Assembly: GCA_000165425.1 (NCBI GenBank)
Contig: CT868051.1
Location: 62,001-126,000, forward strand
Direction: 5' to 3'
Source: Paramecium tetraurelia
Taxonomy: Eukaryota
Length of the DNA: 64,000 bases
A program made the translations under genes and the position numbers. Below are positions 52,353-64,000 of the stretch, one piece after another; the first letter of the stretch is position 1; each line of letters begins with the position of its first letter. Below the pieces are notes generated by a model. The model saw only the letters and a list, made by a program, of their open reading frames with translations. It ran no database searches and was not told the origin of the DNA.

Positions 52353-52862
52353 TCATAATTGAACTTGAGGCTAAGATGCATTATTTGCAGCCTTATTAGC
52401 TTCATTATTTTATTGTGGGACATTGTCACTTTGATCGTCCTAATTAATTTTGTATATTTTGTAAACCACCTACATTCCCAAGATATCGATTGCCAATTGA
52501 ATGAACCAAAAAGCAATAGCAATATTGTACTTGAAATACTATTATTAAATATAATAAAGTAATACCTAGTACTCTTAAGCTCCAATACCCATACCAATTA
52601 ATAACAAAAACATTCCAAAGTTCATAGTTGCTATTATCCCTAAAGCCGCGTAAAAAATGTATTTAAAATGTAGTGCTATTATCAATAAATATCCAATCAT
52701 CATAAAAACATTGCCAGTTATCGAGAGACCTTTATACTGAGCCATACCATCACTCATAGTCTCTAAGATAGAAGCATAAAATGCTAATAGCACAATGTTT
52801 ATCGATAGGTAGCATGTAGTGTCACAGATCGATTTGATTGTTGGAGTTCTAGCCATAGTCAT
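52353..52862 (-). CDS. small four-TM membrane protein
   Basis: Four hydrophobic segments followed by a polar tail; possible 27-nt in-frame intron. Confidence 0.7.
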
Positions 52863-53179
52863 AATATTTATACATTTCAAACATAAGGATTATATGAAAA
52901 ATAAATATTAATGATTCAGATAATATGATTTAATTCTTATAGTTATTTCAAAATAAGATATATTCCAAAAAGATCATTATTTTGGCGAGATTTATCATCA
53001 ATAAGAGTTCCAAAATTGTAAATTAAAAATCTATAATAGATTACTTAATTTTATAGTTTTGGTATCAAAATTATGAAGAAGACCTTATTAACAATCTAAT
53101 TAAATAGGATGAAGGTATATAGTAATTCAGCTAAACCACTGCTCTCTTATTTTAATAATATAGATATTATGTAGTTTTA

Positions 53180-56131
53180 TCAAAACTTTGATAGTGTTTT
53201 AGATTTTTTTTGAGATTCCGTAAAATTGAGTTTCATTTTTGAAAGTTTCTCCTTTTATTGTTAAATCTCAGCTCTCAATTCTTCAATTGTTTTCTCAGTT
53301 CTATCATTTGATGGAGACTTATGAGGTGTTCGAATGGATGGACTATTGTATTATGGAGGTTTGTTATATGGTTCTGGGATCAATATACATATGATAACAT
53401 ACATTTAGCAGATGATAGATTTTACTACATAGCTGGAGAGCGATGGAAGCCTTAACTTGATGATAAGGAGTGTTAATGCAAAGGAGGAGATAGAGCTCTT
53501 TATTGAACTGGTTGGATAATGGTTTCAAGTTATTATATTTACGACTGGTAATCTCTTTAGATTTAATCCATTTTCTTTTCTGATTTGTCCTTAAGATCAT
53601 TATATCTTTATTCGAGAAATTATCTCTCCTTCAAAGTGTAATCAGCTGATTATTGAATTTAAATTCTAATATTTATTGAATGATTATTTACAATTCATTT
53701 TCTAATTCCTTAATTGTCTATTGAAGTTATCTCTATTCATATTCTAATTTCTTTTATTATTCCCTATTAAGTTAATCCTACACTTAAAGTTTCTGAGATA
53801 GATGATCATTCTCTTAAATGTAGAAGTTCAACTAATTTCTGAGATCGTCAACTGATTGATCTTGCTGTTAAATCTATTACAATTTTTGTTTAAATTTAAT
53901 CTGAGCCTCTTCTTGTATTAATTATTCATTCTATTTGTATTATCTTTTTAATTGTTCAATCTTCTTTTCCATCTCATTTTATAGTTCAATAACCAGAATA
54001 TCATTTTCCCTCTTTTCCTTTTACACACTTTGATCAATTAACTAATTTAATTAGATAATATACATAATTGAATTTTTTAACAGAACTCAATATAAGTTGC
54101 CTATTTTCAGAATCATATTGTTTTAGTTTATTCAAAATGACTTATTTCATTTCGAAGAGTTACAAATTTAATTACTCTTTTTACCTAATAAACACTCTTT
54201 GTATCTATTATTTAACCGATCTAAATTTAAATTTCAATTCATCAATTTGTTTAATTAATTATTGTTTTTCTGTATTAAACACATTTTGATTTTTTATAGA
54301 ATTTTCAATTAAGATCTTCTCCTTTACTTTTTGTTCTTCTAATTATTATAAAGTAAGAGTATATTGTGATATATAGGATTCTAATTCTTGTACTAAACTA
54401 TTGTTCTACTTTTCCAATTGTTCAAACTTCTAGCTTTTTTAGAATAATTCCTTTTAGAGTTGATTATATGCTCTTATTTATTCTTCATTCAGCAATTTAC
54501 TTTCTAATTTCAGTTTCTTCAATTAGTTTTCAAAGTTTTCAACAATTAATTGATGTTCTTAAATCAAATTTTCTACTTCTTACTTAAATCTTAATTCTTT
54601 CTATTGGATTTCCTATTGATGTAATGTTTACTACTTCAATTATTCCTCTAATAATTGAGAATGCTCTTGTTTATACAATTTGCATCTTTGTTCCAATTCC
54701 TGTCCTAATCTTTAATATGAGAATGATCCTTAGATTTCTATTTCCAATTAATGTTGAATAGCCATAATGATTTCTTATTGTTATTATTTTTCTCTCTCAA
54801 TTTCACTCATGTAATCTTGATTTTCCTTCAATGTAGTTAAGGTTTGTTCTGAAAATGATTTCAAATCATCAACATCAGCTAATAACAATTTTAGATTTTA
54901 ATCTTTTTTATTGATTTCTTATTCAATTTAATTATATTTCTATTTTAATTCTGAATTTTAATTTTGTAATTCCTCCATTTATTTCTTATAAGTTTAAATG
55001 AGTTCTTCAAATTTTGAATTACTTTTTTACTTTTGTTCTTATTCATTTTATATTTGTATTTTTAATTATTTTATGTCTTAACTCAATCCTAGAATTTCTT
55101 TGTCCTTTTCAGAAACAGTACATTCTAAACTTTACGTTAGATGTTATTATAGATCTAACTTTTCTTATTCTAAATTTTCCTCCAATCTTGAATACTATTT
55201 CTTGTATTGTTATTCCAACATCCTTGATGGCTTATCTATGTTGATTCGATTAGAATTCAACCTATTGTTCAAGTTCTTTGATTTGTTCTTATAGTTCAGC
55301 AATATGTTGATCCTTATTTTGAAGTTCTTTCAATTTAACTTTATATTCTTTAATTTTTATTTGGTTTTTTTCTTTCATTTGTTCCAAGACTTCTTTTGAT
55401 TTTTGTGCTTCTTATTATTTTTTGATTTTGAGTTATTCAATTTCCAACTTAAGATTAGACAACTCACTTTCTTACAGAATGTGTTAATCTGTTACTGTTT
55501 ACAATTTTCGTTAATAGTCCTTCAACTATTTGTCAGATTCCAATTTCACTGATTTGAACTACTATTCCAGAACAGAATAGGCAGATTGTAATTATTCTGC
55601 TTTTTACTTATATTCTTATCCCTCTAATGAAATATATCTCGATTGTCTATCAAATGACTATTGATTATCCTTCAGTTGTTGGAGTTCTAAGCCTAATTGT
55701 TGGTTAGTCAGATTGGATTCTCTGATTTATTTATTGAGTTTCTCAATGATTAGTTATTACTTATTGTTTAGATCAATCTACTCATCACATAATAATTAGA
55801 GTCTCTTAATCTCCTATAATTATAGTATCTACTGCTCATGCAATTTGTGTTCTAAATCTATGATCAATTGTTATTCTCTATCCTAATACTCTCTTTTGAT
55901 TCTATCATTTGACTGAGATTGTTAACGCAATTCTTGTTGCAATAGGAGTACCTCTTCGGAATAGTGTCTTTGGAAGGTCTCAAGTGTAATCTCCTTAATT
56001 CGATTAAGAACGGCTACTCTGTTTTCTCTATCCATCTACTCTCCCAAGACTTGTTTGGTGATATCTACTAGACATTCTGAGGATAATATGATTGAATTAC
56101 ATTCTAAGACCTTGGATTGTGAAACGAACAT
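53180..56131 (-). CDS. very long Q/E/K-rich coiled-coil protein
   Basis: ATG56131, 24-nt intron, about 970 codons of heptad-rich sequence; TGA at 53180-53182. Confidence 0.75.
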
Positions 56132-56153
56132 ATATTTATTCGTTAATTAATAA

Positions 56154-56663
56154 ATGTAATTATTAAAGGAAATAGTGGAAGGTGTACATAATCCAATCAA
56201 CACCATTGAACAATTAAAGAGATCAGTTATTCGAGAAATCAACAAACAACATTATCAAACCATCGATTATACGCATCGTCGTTCGATTTCTACCCAAGAG
56301 GCTCCATTCACTGTAGTTAGTATAAAGAAACCAAAGACGTAACTCAATACAATTGAGTTGGCTCCCTTGAAGAACAAAACCAGGTTTATGCCGAATTCAA
56401 CCTTGGAGTTGATTGTCAAGTAACAAAAAAACAAGTCACTGCAATTTAAATAGAAGATCTACACACAAGAATATAAGGAGAAGAGTGAGTATGTGCAGGG
56501 CAGAAGGAGATTCAATAAGAATGTTGAATGTCTCAAACAAAACAACCAAAGATTCAGATTAAGTGTAAGTGAACAATCACAATAATTGAACAAGCTACTT
56601 GAAAGCAGATTGTCACGTATGTTGAGATATAACAATAACAATCATGATAATTATTTATAATGA
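56154..56663 (+). CDS. hypothetical basic protein
   Basis: Intronless frame of 169 aa; its TGA overlaps the next ATG. Confidence 0.6.
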
Positions 56664-57543
56664 GCGGATCCAGTATCTAAGCATAATAGAAGTCAATTCA
56701 AATGAAAACAGCCAACCTCCCACCCACATGGGAAGTCTTCTCGACTCTTGATTTTAATAGGCAGCAAACCATCTACAAGACTATGTGTGAATAGATCCAA
56801 TAACAAATGAAGCAAATTACTGTTCTCCAGGAAAAGGTTAAACAAAATGAAGTATTTCATTCTCACAATTTAGTTACTTGCCTCACAAAAGTTAGAAGAC
56901 ACTCATCATAGACTTTCTGAAGAATAATCGAAATTGAAATAAGAAATTCAAATTCTATAATCACTTTTGGAAAAGAAAGAAAATGAAATCAAATTTCAAA
57001 ATGACCAATTGGATGAACAAACTAATTATATCAAACAATTAGAAGTTGATGTTTAAAAGAGATAAGAATCATAGAAATATGATTAATTGATTGTTGAATT
57101 AAAACAACAAATAAAGGAATAACAATTAGCAATTTCTTCATATGAGAAGTCTATTCAAGAACTGAAATATACAATTGAAGAATAAGAGCAACAATTGGAA
57201 GACATTCAAAATAAATACAATCAAGAATTAGATGAGAAAGATTTAAAACTTGCAGAATATGAAGTATAATACTCATTCAAATTAGAAACAATTAGAATTG
57301 CAATTGGAGGACAATTAAAAGTTGCAATAAGGATATCAATCATTGAATGAGAGGATTAATTCCAATAAAGACTATCAATCATTTTAACAGCAATATAATG
57401 AGTTATTCAATGAGTTTTCTATCATCAAACAACAATACTAGAACAAATGCAATAAAATTAAAGAACAAGAACTAACTATTGAAGATTTAATAGGTGAAAA
57501 TTCAAGACTTGTTATTGAACTTTATCACTACTAAAAATAATGA
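56660..57543 (+). CDS. coiled-coil protein
   Basis: MSGSSIQAQQK..PTWEVFSTL..; intron 56852-56873, with further splicing not fully resolved; ends TAA-TGA-TGA-TGA. Confidence 0.7.
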
Positions 57544-57582
57544 TGATGATCTATGTCAATTATTTAATTCACATTTTAATTA

Positions 57583-58529
57583 TCATATCAAAATTTCTTG
57601 AACTCTCTTAAGAGTAGCTCTTTTTTTACAATCCGAATTTAGTAATTCATCAATCAATTATTTAGTACTCTATGATATTTATACATCTTCTTTGTATTAC
57701 TATTTATTAGCTTTTATGTTCTAATAAGCAATTTTGATATCAAATGCTTCAAATGGATGTACTCCAAAGATTAATGTGTATAAAATGATCCCTAAATACC
57801 ATAAATCTACTTCAAAAGAATATCCATTTTCGTTGTCTAATATATCAGGAGCCAAATATTAAGAACTGCCACAAATAGACCTTCTTCTTTCTTCTTTCTA
57901 CTCTAATTTTATTGCATAGTTGAATCCACCAACCTTTAGTTACTACTCCTTATTAAAGTATATATTGCTTAGCTTTAAACTTTATAAATATGAAATTGTA
58001 TAAATACTCTCGATGTAGGATGTTATTTTCATGTAAATAATTCAATGCATCGACTATTTAAACAAATAATAACTTTGCCTCGTTTTCACATAACTATCCT
58101 TTCTATTACAAATACTCATTTAGTGTCTAAAATCTAATTTCATCATTACACATTTAAAATCCTCAAGGAGAATGTAAATAAAGTCTTAGTCTTCGATAAC
58201 TCCCTCGTATTTGAGAATGTTTTTATGCTCAATCTACTAATGAATTCTAACTTTTTGTAACACCTATCATAAATAATCTTCAATACTTATTATCTAATTT
58301 TACTTGTATTTATTTTGCTCTTAGTTATAATCTTTGCAACTAACACCTCTTTTGACTCAACGTTAGTCAGTTGATAAAATTCTCCAAATTAAGTTTTTCT
58401 CAATAGAGGTCCCTTTTCAAATTTAATTGTATTTCCTTCTTAATTTTTAAGACTTCCAACTATAATTATTTTATCCCTTTATAAATATAAATCTACAAAC
58501 CTATCTTAGTTTAATTGAGAATCCATCAT
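57583..58529 (-). CDS. Polo-derived pseudokinase without polo boxes
   Basis: HRDLKLSN, RRRSICGSSQYLAPD and GYSFEVDLW are PLK-like, but DFG is GFN, the Gly loop is lost and the alphaC Glu is Lys; four introns. Confidence 0.8.
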
Positions 58530-58648
58530 TCTACTTTGGTTGTTTAGAATTTAAATTATATCAATTAGAGTTTACTCTCTTATTATTATGTTAATTTTAC
58601 AAGAATAATATAATTTATATGTATATATATTAAGCCAAATCCATATTA

Positions 58649-59540
58649 TCATAATTTTGGTTTTAACATGTCTCTTGCCTTTTTACTTAAAAGTGTAAAA
58701 TTAGGAAATGTATTGACTGCTCCTCCATCAACAATAATTGTTTATCCAGTTATATAACTTGCACAATCAGAAGCCAAAAAGAGAGCCCAAGGAGCAATGT
58801 CATCATTGTTTCCTGCTCTCTATAATGGCAACAGTTTTTCGAAATCCTCACCAAAACCAGACTTAAATAATATGGGACACTAATTACACTATCATCCATT
58901 CTCAATCTTTTAAATCCTTCAGATTTCTCAATAGCTCCTGGGGCAATACCGACTACTCGAATTCTCTTTGGTCCTAATTCAACAGCCAGATGTCTAGTAA
59001 GAGCATCTATTCCTGCTTTTGCTGTTCCTGCATGTGATTGAAGTGCTACTCCACAATGTGGAAGTGTGGTACTAATGTTAATAATAACTCCTCCATTTTT
59101 TGACATCCATTTAGCCACAACTGCTTTACAACACTATTTATTTATATAAGAATTACATGAAATGTTCCAAAAGTGTCTATTTCCATTACAGATCTGAAGG
59201 CATTTACACTCATCATTTCGAAAGGAACCAAAAAATTTCCTGCTGCACCATTAACCAAAATATCTATTCTTCCCCATTTATCTAATGCAAATTAGACCAT
59301 TGCTTCTACTTATTCAAATTTTCTGACGTCGCAAGGAAAGTATGCAATATTATCATTACCTGATTCTTTTGCTAATGTAACACATGATTATTTCAAGACT
59401 TCTTCTTTTCTACTTGTAATAAGTACTTTGCACCCATATTTCAAGTATGCCAGACTTATACCATAACAAATCCCTGTGGCTCCACCTGTTACGACAGCCA
59501 CTTGATTTGCTAAGAAATTTTATTAGAAAGTTTTATTCAT
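58649..59540 (-). CDS. DECR2: peroxisomal 2,4-dienoyl-CoA reductase (SDR family) with PTS1-like PKL
   Basis: [42 protein letters not shown]-terminus ..KPKL-TGA. Confidence 0.9.
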
Positions 59541-59790
59541 TTACTTAATTATAATTATTAATTTAATTGATATTTCTTTATGGCTAATCACAAGATTAAT
59601 TATATGAAAAAATCATATAAAATTTACAATATATTGTGTTTTATGATTATATATTTGTATTTTGAAGACTACTTAATGTTAAAGAATCAATAATTTATAA
59701 TAAATATTAAATTAATTAATTTTATCAGCTATTTCAGATCAAAAATGAAATTGATTAGAATTATGTGAGGAACTGTCTACTCCTTAATTT

Positions 59791-59814
59791 ATTACTTAGG
59801 GTCACACAGCTTAA
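59791..59814 (+). repeat. 24-bp motif, copy 2
   Basis: ATTACTTAGGGTCACACAGCTTAA in the DECR2/hypothetical divergent spacer. Confidence 0.55.
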
Positions 59815-60125
59815 ATAGTGTAATTGATTTCATTAATTTGGTTGAAAAAGGGATAAATATCCATAATTGGAATCAACACCCGAATTAAGGTATGCAATTA
59901 GCCTTATAGCCACATTTTGGATGGGTGAATGAGTTCATGTTTGATTCATACATTTGTATCTAATAGGATTGTATGTAGATTTTAGAGTAGTTATTAAGTT
60001 TTATTAATACTAACTAATATTAATGTGATTAATAATGAAAATTCCATGACTTTGGTTGAAAAATGTATGATTACACTCATATGAATTGTAATTATTAAAT
60101 TTTGTAAATCATTATTACAAATAAA

Positions 60126-60805
60126 ATGTAAGACACATACACATATTAGGTATTGTCATCATTTATACTTAGATTCTTAAAAAATGCAATGGTAAAGTAA
60201 TTATGCAGATCGATGAACACCTGTTGGATATCATCAATGCTCATCTCACCATCAAGCCTCAATAATAGTAAACTGAGGTACCATACTCAGTTAAGAAACA
60301 ACACAATTTCTAACGTAGGATTGTGCCATTCTTCATGAACCAATTCATGCATTGGGCTGAAGTAATGGGATATAAATAAGTTGATGGCTACTTGAGAGCT
60401 ATTCACAAGAAAAAGACCTCCAAACAACAAAAGTTCGAATTAGGAGACCTTAAAAAACTATTCGGAGCCATCAATCCAAGAACAAAGATCATTCAGTTGG
60501 AAACTTAACACAAGTGGATAGAATTTTTAGGAACTTAAGCTGAAATTTGTGTGCTTATCAATAACAAGATTAAAGATCAATCTACAAAATAGATGTACAT
60601 CTAAGCTATTGAGCAACTGAAAGAATAGTTGCACAAAGAATAACCATATGATAAATTTCTAAGTCTCTCAAAAAAAGACGAAGTAAAAGAGGAGTCTATT
60701 AAAGAAGAATATTTAAGTTCTGAAGTTCCAACAGATGAATATGCACCAACTTATTATTAAGATCCATACACCTATCTAAGTTGTGCTTACAATAATGAAT
60801 TCTGA
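60126..60805 (+). CDS. hypothetical protein (218 aa)
   Basis: ATG60126, 23-nt intron 60150-60172, open to TGA60803-60805. Confidence 0.75.
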
Positions 60806-61351
60806 TTTTATTCTCATTTATATTTAACAAATTTATGACATCATTCATTACATTTAATATTATTGTATAATATATATCGGACAATTTGTAATTAAATGAT
60901 ATTTAATTCGAGGCATCAAATCAATTAAAAATTCATATTCTCCTTTATTTCCCTCCAAACAAGCATCCAATCATTCAGACTTAGTCCAATTCTCATTTTT
61001 TAATGAATTGAAAATATTTATAATGAATTTAAGAATTTATCTAAAGAGTAACTACTCGAGTAGAAAGTTGAATTCTTCGGGGTGTATAATGGAGAATGAA
61101 TGAAGGTTATAGTTCAGATTGAAAATTTGTACAAATTTAAAGATGATTAAATAAATAAAAAGAAATGATTTTCAATATCAAATAAAATTCCAAGTAAGAA
61201 TTTTTGTTTAATAATGAACAATCATCAATATTGTCTTGTATGGTTATAAAGATCTATATTTAAGTGTGCATCTAAGTTAATTATTTCAATATATCTTTAG
61301 TTGTTAAACTATTTATGCAAAACAAATAAATAAGTTATTTGGTTAATAGAT

Positions 61352-62693
61352 TCATTCCGTATTTTATAACAACTAAAAAATCTTCTCTTTGTAGATTTTT
61401 TCTTAAATCTACCATTAATCTTATTTTTCTAATGTTTATTATTCTAATCTAGTAATTTGGTTTCGCAATTATTCAATAAAAGTAGCCTTAGTATTTTTTT
61501 CTAATTCTAATATTTAATTTGATAAATCTTTTATAATCTGATTTTTCTTTTCAATAGTTCTTTCAAATTATTCTTAATTTGATACTGTAGATTGATTCAG
61601 AGCATTGTCAGATATTTATTTATATCCAGATTATGTAAGTTAACTTTGTTTCTTCAACTGCTCTCCACTTTATCTGATGATTCTCTTTAAATGTTAATGT
61701 TCATCTTAGGCTTTATTGTATTTCTCTTCTAATTCAGCATACTTCGATTTCAACTATTCGAGTTCTTGGGTATTAATATTATTATTATTATTAGCAAAAC
61801 AGGCTGTATTATCGAATTATGTTTTTCTAAGCTTAGAATCGATTTTAATATGATTATCTAATTGCTCAATCTACTTCTACAACTCTTCTTCTTATTGAGT
61901 AAGCATTTCAGTGATTTCTCTGAAATTATCATTTTCTTCATTAGGAGGAACAACTTGTTACAGTTTTTCTTATGAAAACTTTTCGCCAAGTTATAAGAAT
62001 TTTTAAGTGAGATTATCGGCTGGTTGTTTAATGGACGCATTAGGTTATTCTTCTGTTTTGTTAACGAGAACAGCACTCTTGATTTCTTTTGGAGGAGACT
62101 AACTCCTGGCTCTGGTTGTTCTAGTTGGAAATTCCATTTTACGACTACTAGAATTTCTAGTAGTCTATGGGATCTACTGAGATATTGGAGTATGTGTAGG
62201 TGCAGGCATTGGTACATTGGCTTGAGGATATTCTTAAGTTTCAAATTATGATTGCCAGGGTGCTCTGATGACTCGAAACAAGAGGGCAGCTCGTTTGTCA
62301 GTTGTAGAGGTTAATGGCTTTTTGACTTTTTGATCCTAATCTATTTCACCATTGAGAAAGTATGCTAAATTGATTAGACAATCCCCAAGTTGGTTGCCAC
62401 CCAAATAAAACAAAAATTTAATCTAATTAGAATGATTGAATAGTACATTATAATCGACATAGACTCCATCTTTGTTGACCATCTTCTGCTGAAACTCTGC
62501 AATTTGATCGATTGGGTAATCTACACATATTGGATGTTCTTTCAGGATTCCTTATTTGCATTTTGCTTATAATAGTTTATGCAGCAAGTGTTCCTCTTTT
62601 TAACATGATGGATAATTCGTATTGTTATTGATCGAATTTCGAGCTAAACTCCAGATATTGCAGTATGAATTTGAAATGTATTTGTTAATTCAT
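61352..62693 (-). CDS. NT-C2-like N-terminal domain + coiled-coil protein (needs one 1-nt frame correction near 62540)
   Basis: LSIMLKRG..; IKFLFYLGGNQLGDCLINLAYFLN resembles the EEIG1/EHBP1 NT-C2 domain; coiled-coil tail. Confidence 0.6.
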
Positions 62694-62704
62694 TATAAAT
62701 TTTA

Positions 62705-63794
62705 ATGAGCGATCACGAAAACTCTAATATCGAAGAAGTCATTACTAAGATTAAAAGCCTACCTGTTGCTGAAAGAGTCAAAGCAGTAGCTCTCTTTTAT
62801 CACTTAAAACGCAAGCAACAATACGAAGAAGAGTTGGAAGAACAAGTTCAGAAACTCACTATCGAATATGATCACTTGAATCTCCCTCTCTATTAAAAAG
62901 TAAGCATTTAAATTCTATTTCTTCTCAAAGTAAAACGAATTGATTCTTGGATAAAGAGCTGCCACTGATATTGAACTATCCAATTCAGATAAATTTTTAA
63001 GTGAAGCAGAAAAGGCAATTGTGCATGAAAACAATACAGCTGAACCCATAGATGACTATTGGTATAAGGCACTCAAAAATTCAGTTGTTATTGGTAATTA
63101 TTATTTTGATTGTGTTTAGCTGATGTATGTTAAGAAAACGAGAAGGATTGGGATGTTTTGAAATCACTAACTAAAGTAGAATTAGATTTTGAAGAAAACA
63201 CTCACAATTTCACAATCAAACTGACCTTTGCTCCAAATGAGTATTTTACTAATACCGTACTTACTAAGAGATTCATATTTGAAAAAGCAGAAGAGACTCC
63301 AGTAAAAAGTGAATCAACCTAAATTGAATGGAAAGAAGGCAAGAATGTCACTCAAAAGAAGGTTTCAAAGAAATAAAAGAATAAGAAAACTGGAGCATCT
63401 AGAACTGTTGATAAAGTTGTTGACTCTCCTAGTTTCTTTGGATTCTTCAAAGACTTTGATCTTACAAATAAGAAAGACCTTGATGAAGAAGAAGTTGAAA
63501 AATATGAAAATTTAATGAATGAACATTTTGACATTGCCACAGAATTTCTTGATTCCATTGTTCCTTGTTCATTGGAATTGTTCTTAGGATTACAACCAGA
63601 AATGGCAGAATTAGATGATGATGATGAAAATGACGATGAAGATGATGAGGATGATGATGATGACGAAGAGGATAAAAAGAAATCTGTATTCTATTAACAT
63701 TATCAATTATTAGAAAAGAAAGAAGTCGAGCAGCAGCAAGGGTGATAAGAATGAAGGCAAGAAAACTGAAAAGCCAGAATGCAAATAATAATGA
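62705..63794 (+). CDS. NAP1: nucleosome assembly protein 1
   Basis: PIDDYWYKALKN, FAPNEYFTNTVLTK, IEWKEGKNVT, SFFGFF, acidic tail, C-terminal KPECKQQ. Confidence 0.95.
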
Positions 63795-63846
63795 TCTATG
63801 TGTTGATATATATATATTAAAAAACAGACAATCTTCATTAATTATA

Positions 63847-64000
63847 ATGCAAAGTTTATTGCAGCCATCTCAACAAACTCTCCTAGTCCGTTCTCCAACT
63901 GAGGGATCTCTTAAGAGCTATTCCAGATACGAGAGCAAAGGCAAGAAGAGGATGCTCTATAAGAATAATAAAGGTGAAATTGTTGACCCTCCTGAAAAAT
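63847..64000 (+). CDS. 5' end of a hypothetical protein (partial)
   Basis: ATG in a typical attataATG context, open to the window edge. Confidence 0.55.
   Translation, partial: MQSLLQPSQQTLLVRSPTEGSLKSYSRYESKGKKRMLYKNNKGEIVDPPEK

Overview
This is AT-rich, very gene-dense eukaryotic DNA that reads as a Paramecium (aurelia-type) macronuclear chromosome segment. TAA/TAG encode Gln and only TGA stops, introns are tiny (about 21-31 nt, GT..AG), and intergenic spacers are often under 50 nt. The supplied standard-code ORF track is therefore only fragments of real genes or antisense noise. Retranslating by hand with the ciliate code gives about 40 genes. Recognisable products include an NPHP3/NACHT-like NTPase, Vps8, an ARL6-like GTPase, a membrane-anchored aspartic protease, PLAA/Doa1, a USP25/28-like DUB, two SHIPPO-repeat proteins, an HDAC11-like deacylase, a PUF protein, a PHD+SP-RING SUMO ligase and MEMO1. 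Also present are MDH, a CHAP amidase, a Vti1-like SNARE with a decayed tandem copy, Polo kinase, a Polo-derived pseudokinase, a PIH1D2-like protein, two CAMK kinases, DECR2 and NAP1. I recognised no tRNA, rRNA, CRISPR array or mobile element, and no single new multi-gene system can be shown from the sequence alone. The best leads are a PTS2-tagged cytosolic-type MDH, a transmembrane HDAC11, a zinc-motif/coiled-coil/degenerate-OGFr protein, an orphan Ubl-like protein, a Polo pseudokinase, 5-22 nt divergent spacers and a 24-bp non-coding motif present twice. Gene models are manual, and several need a 1-nt correction that probably reflects assembly error.
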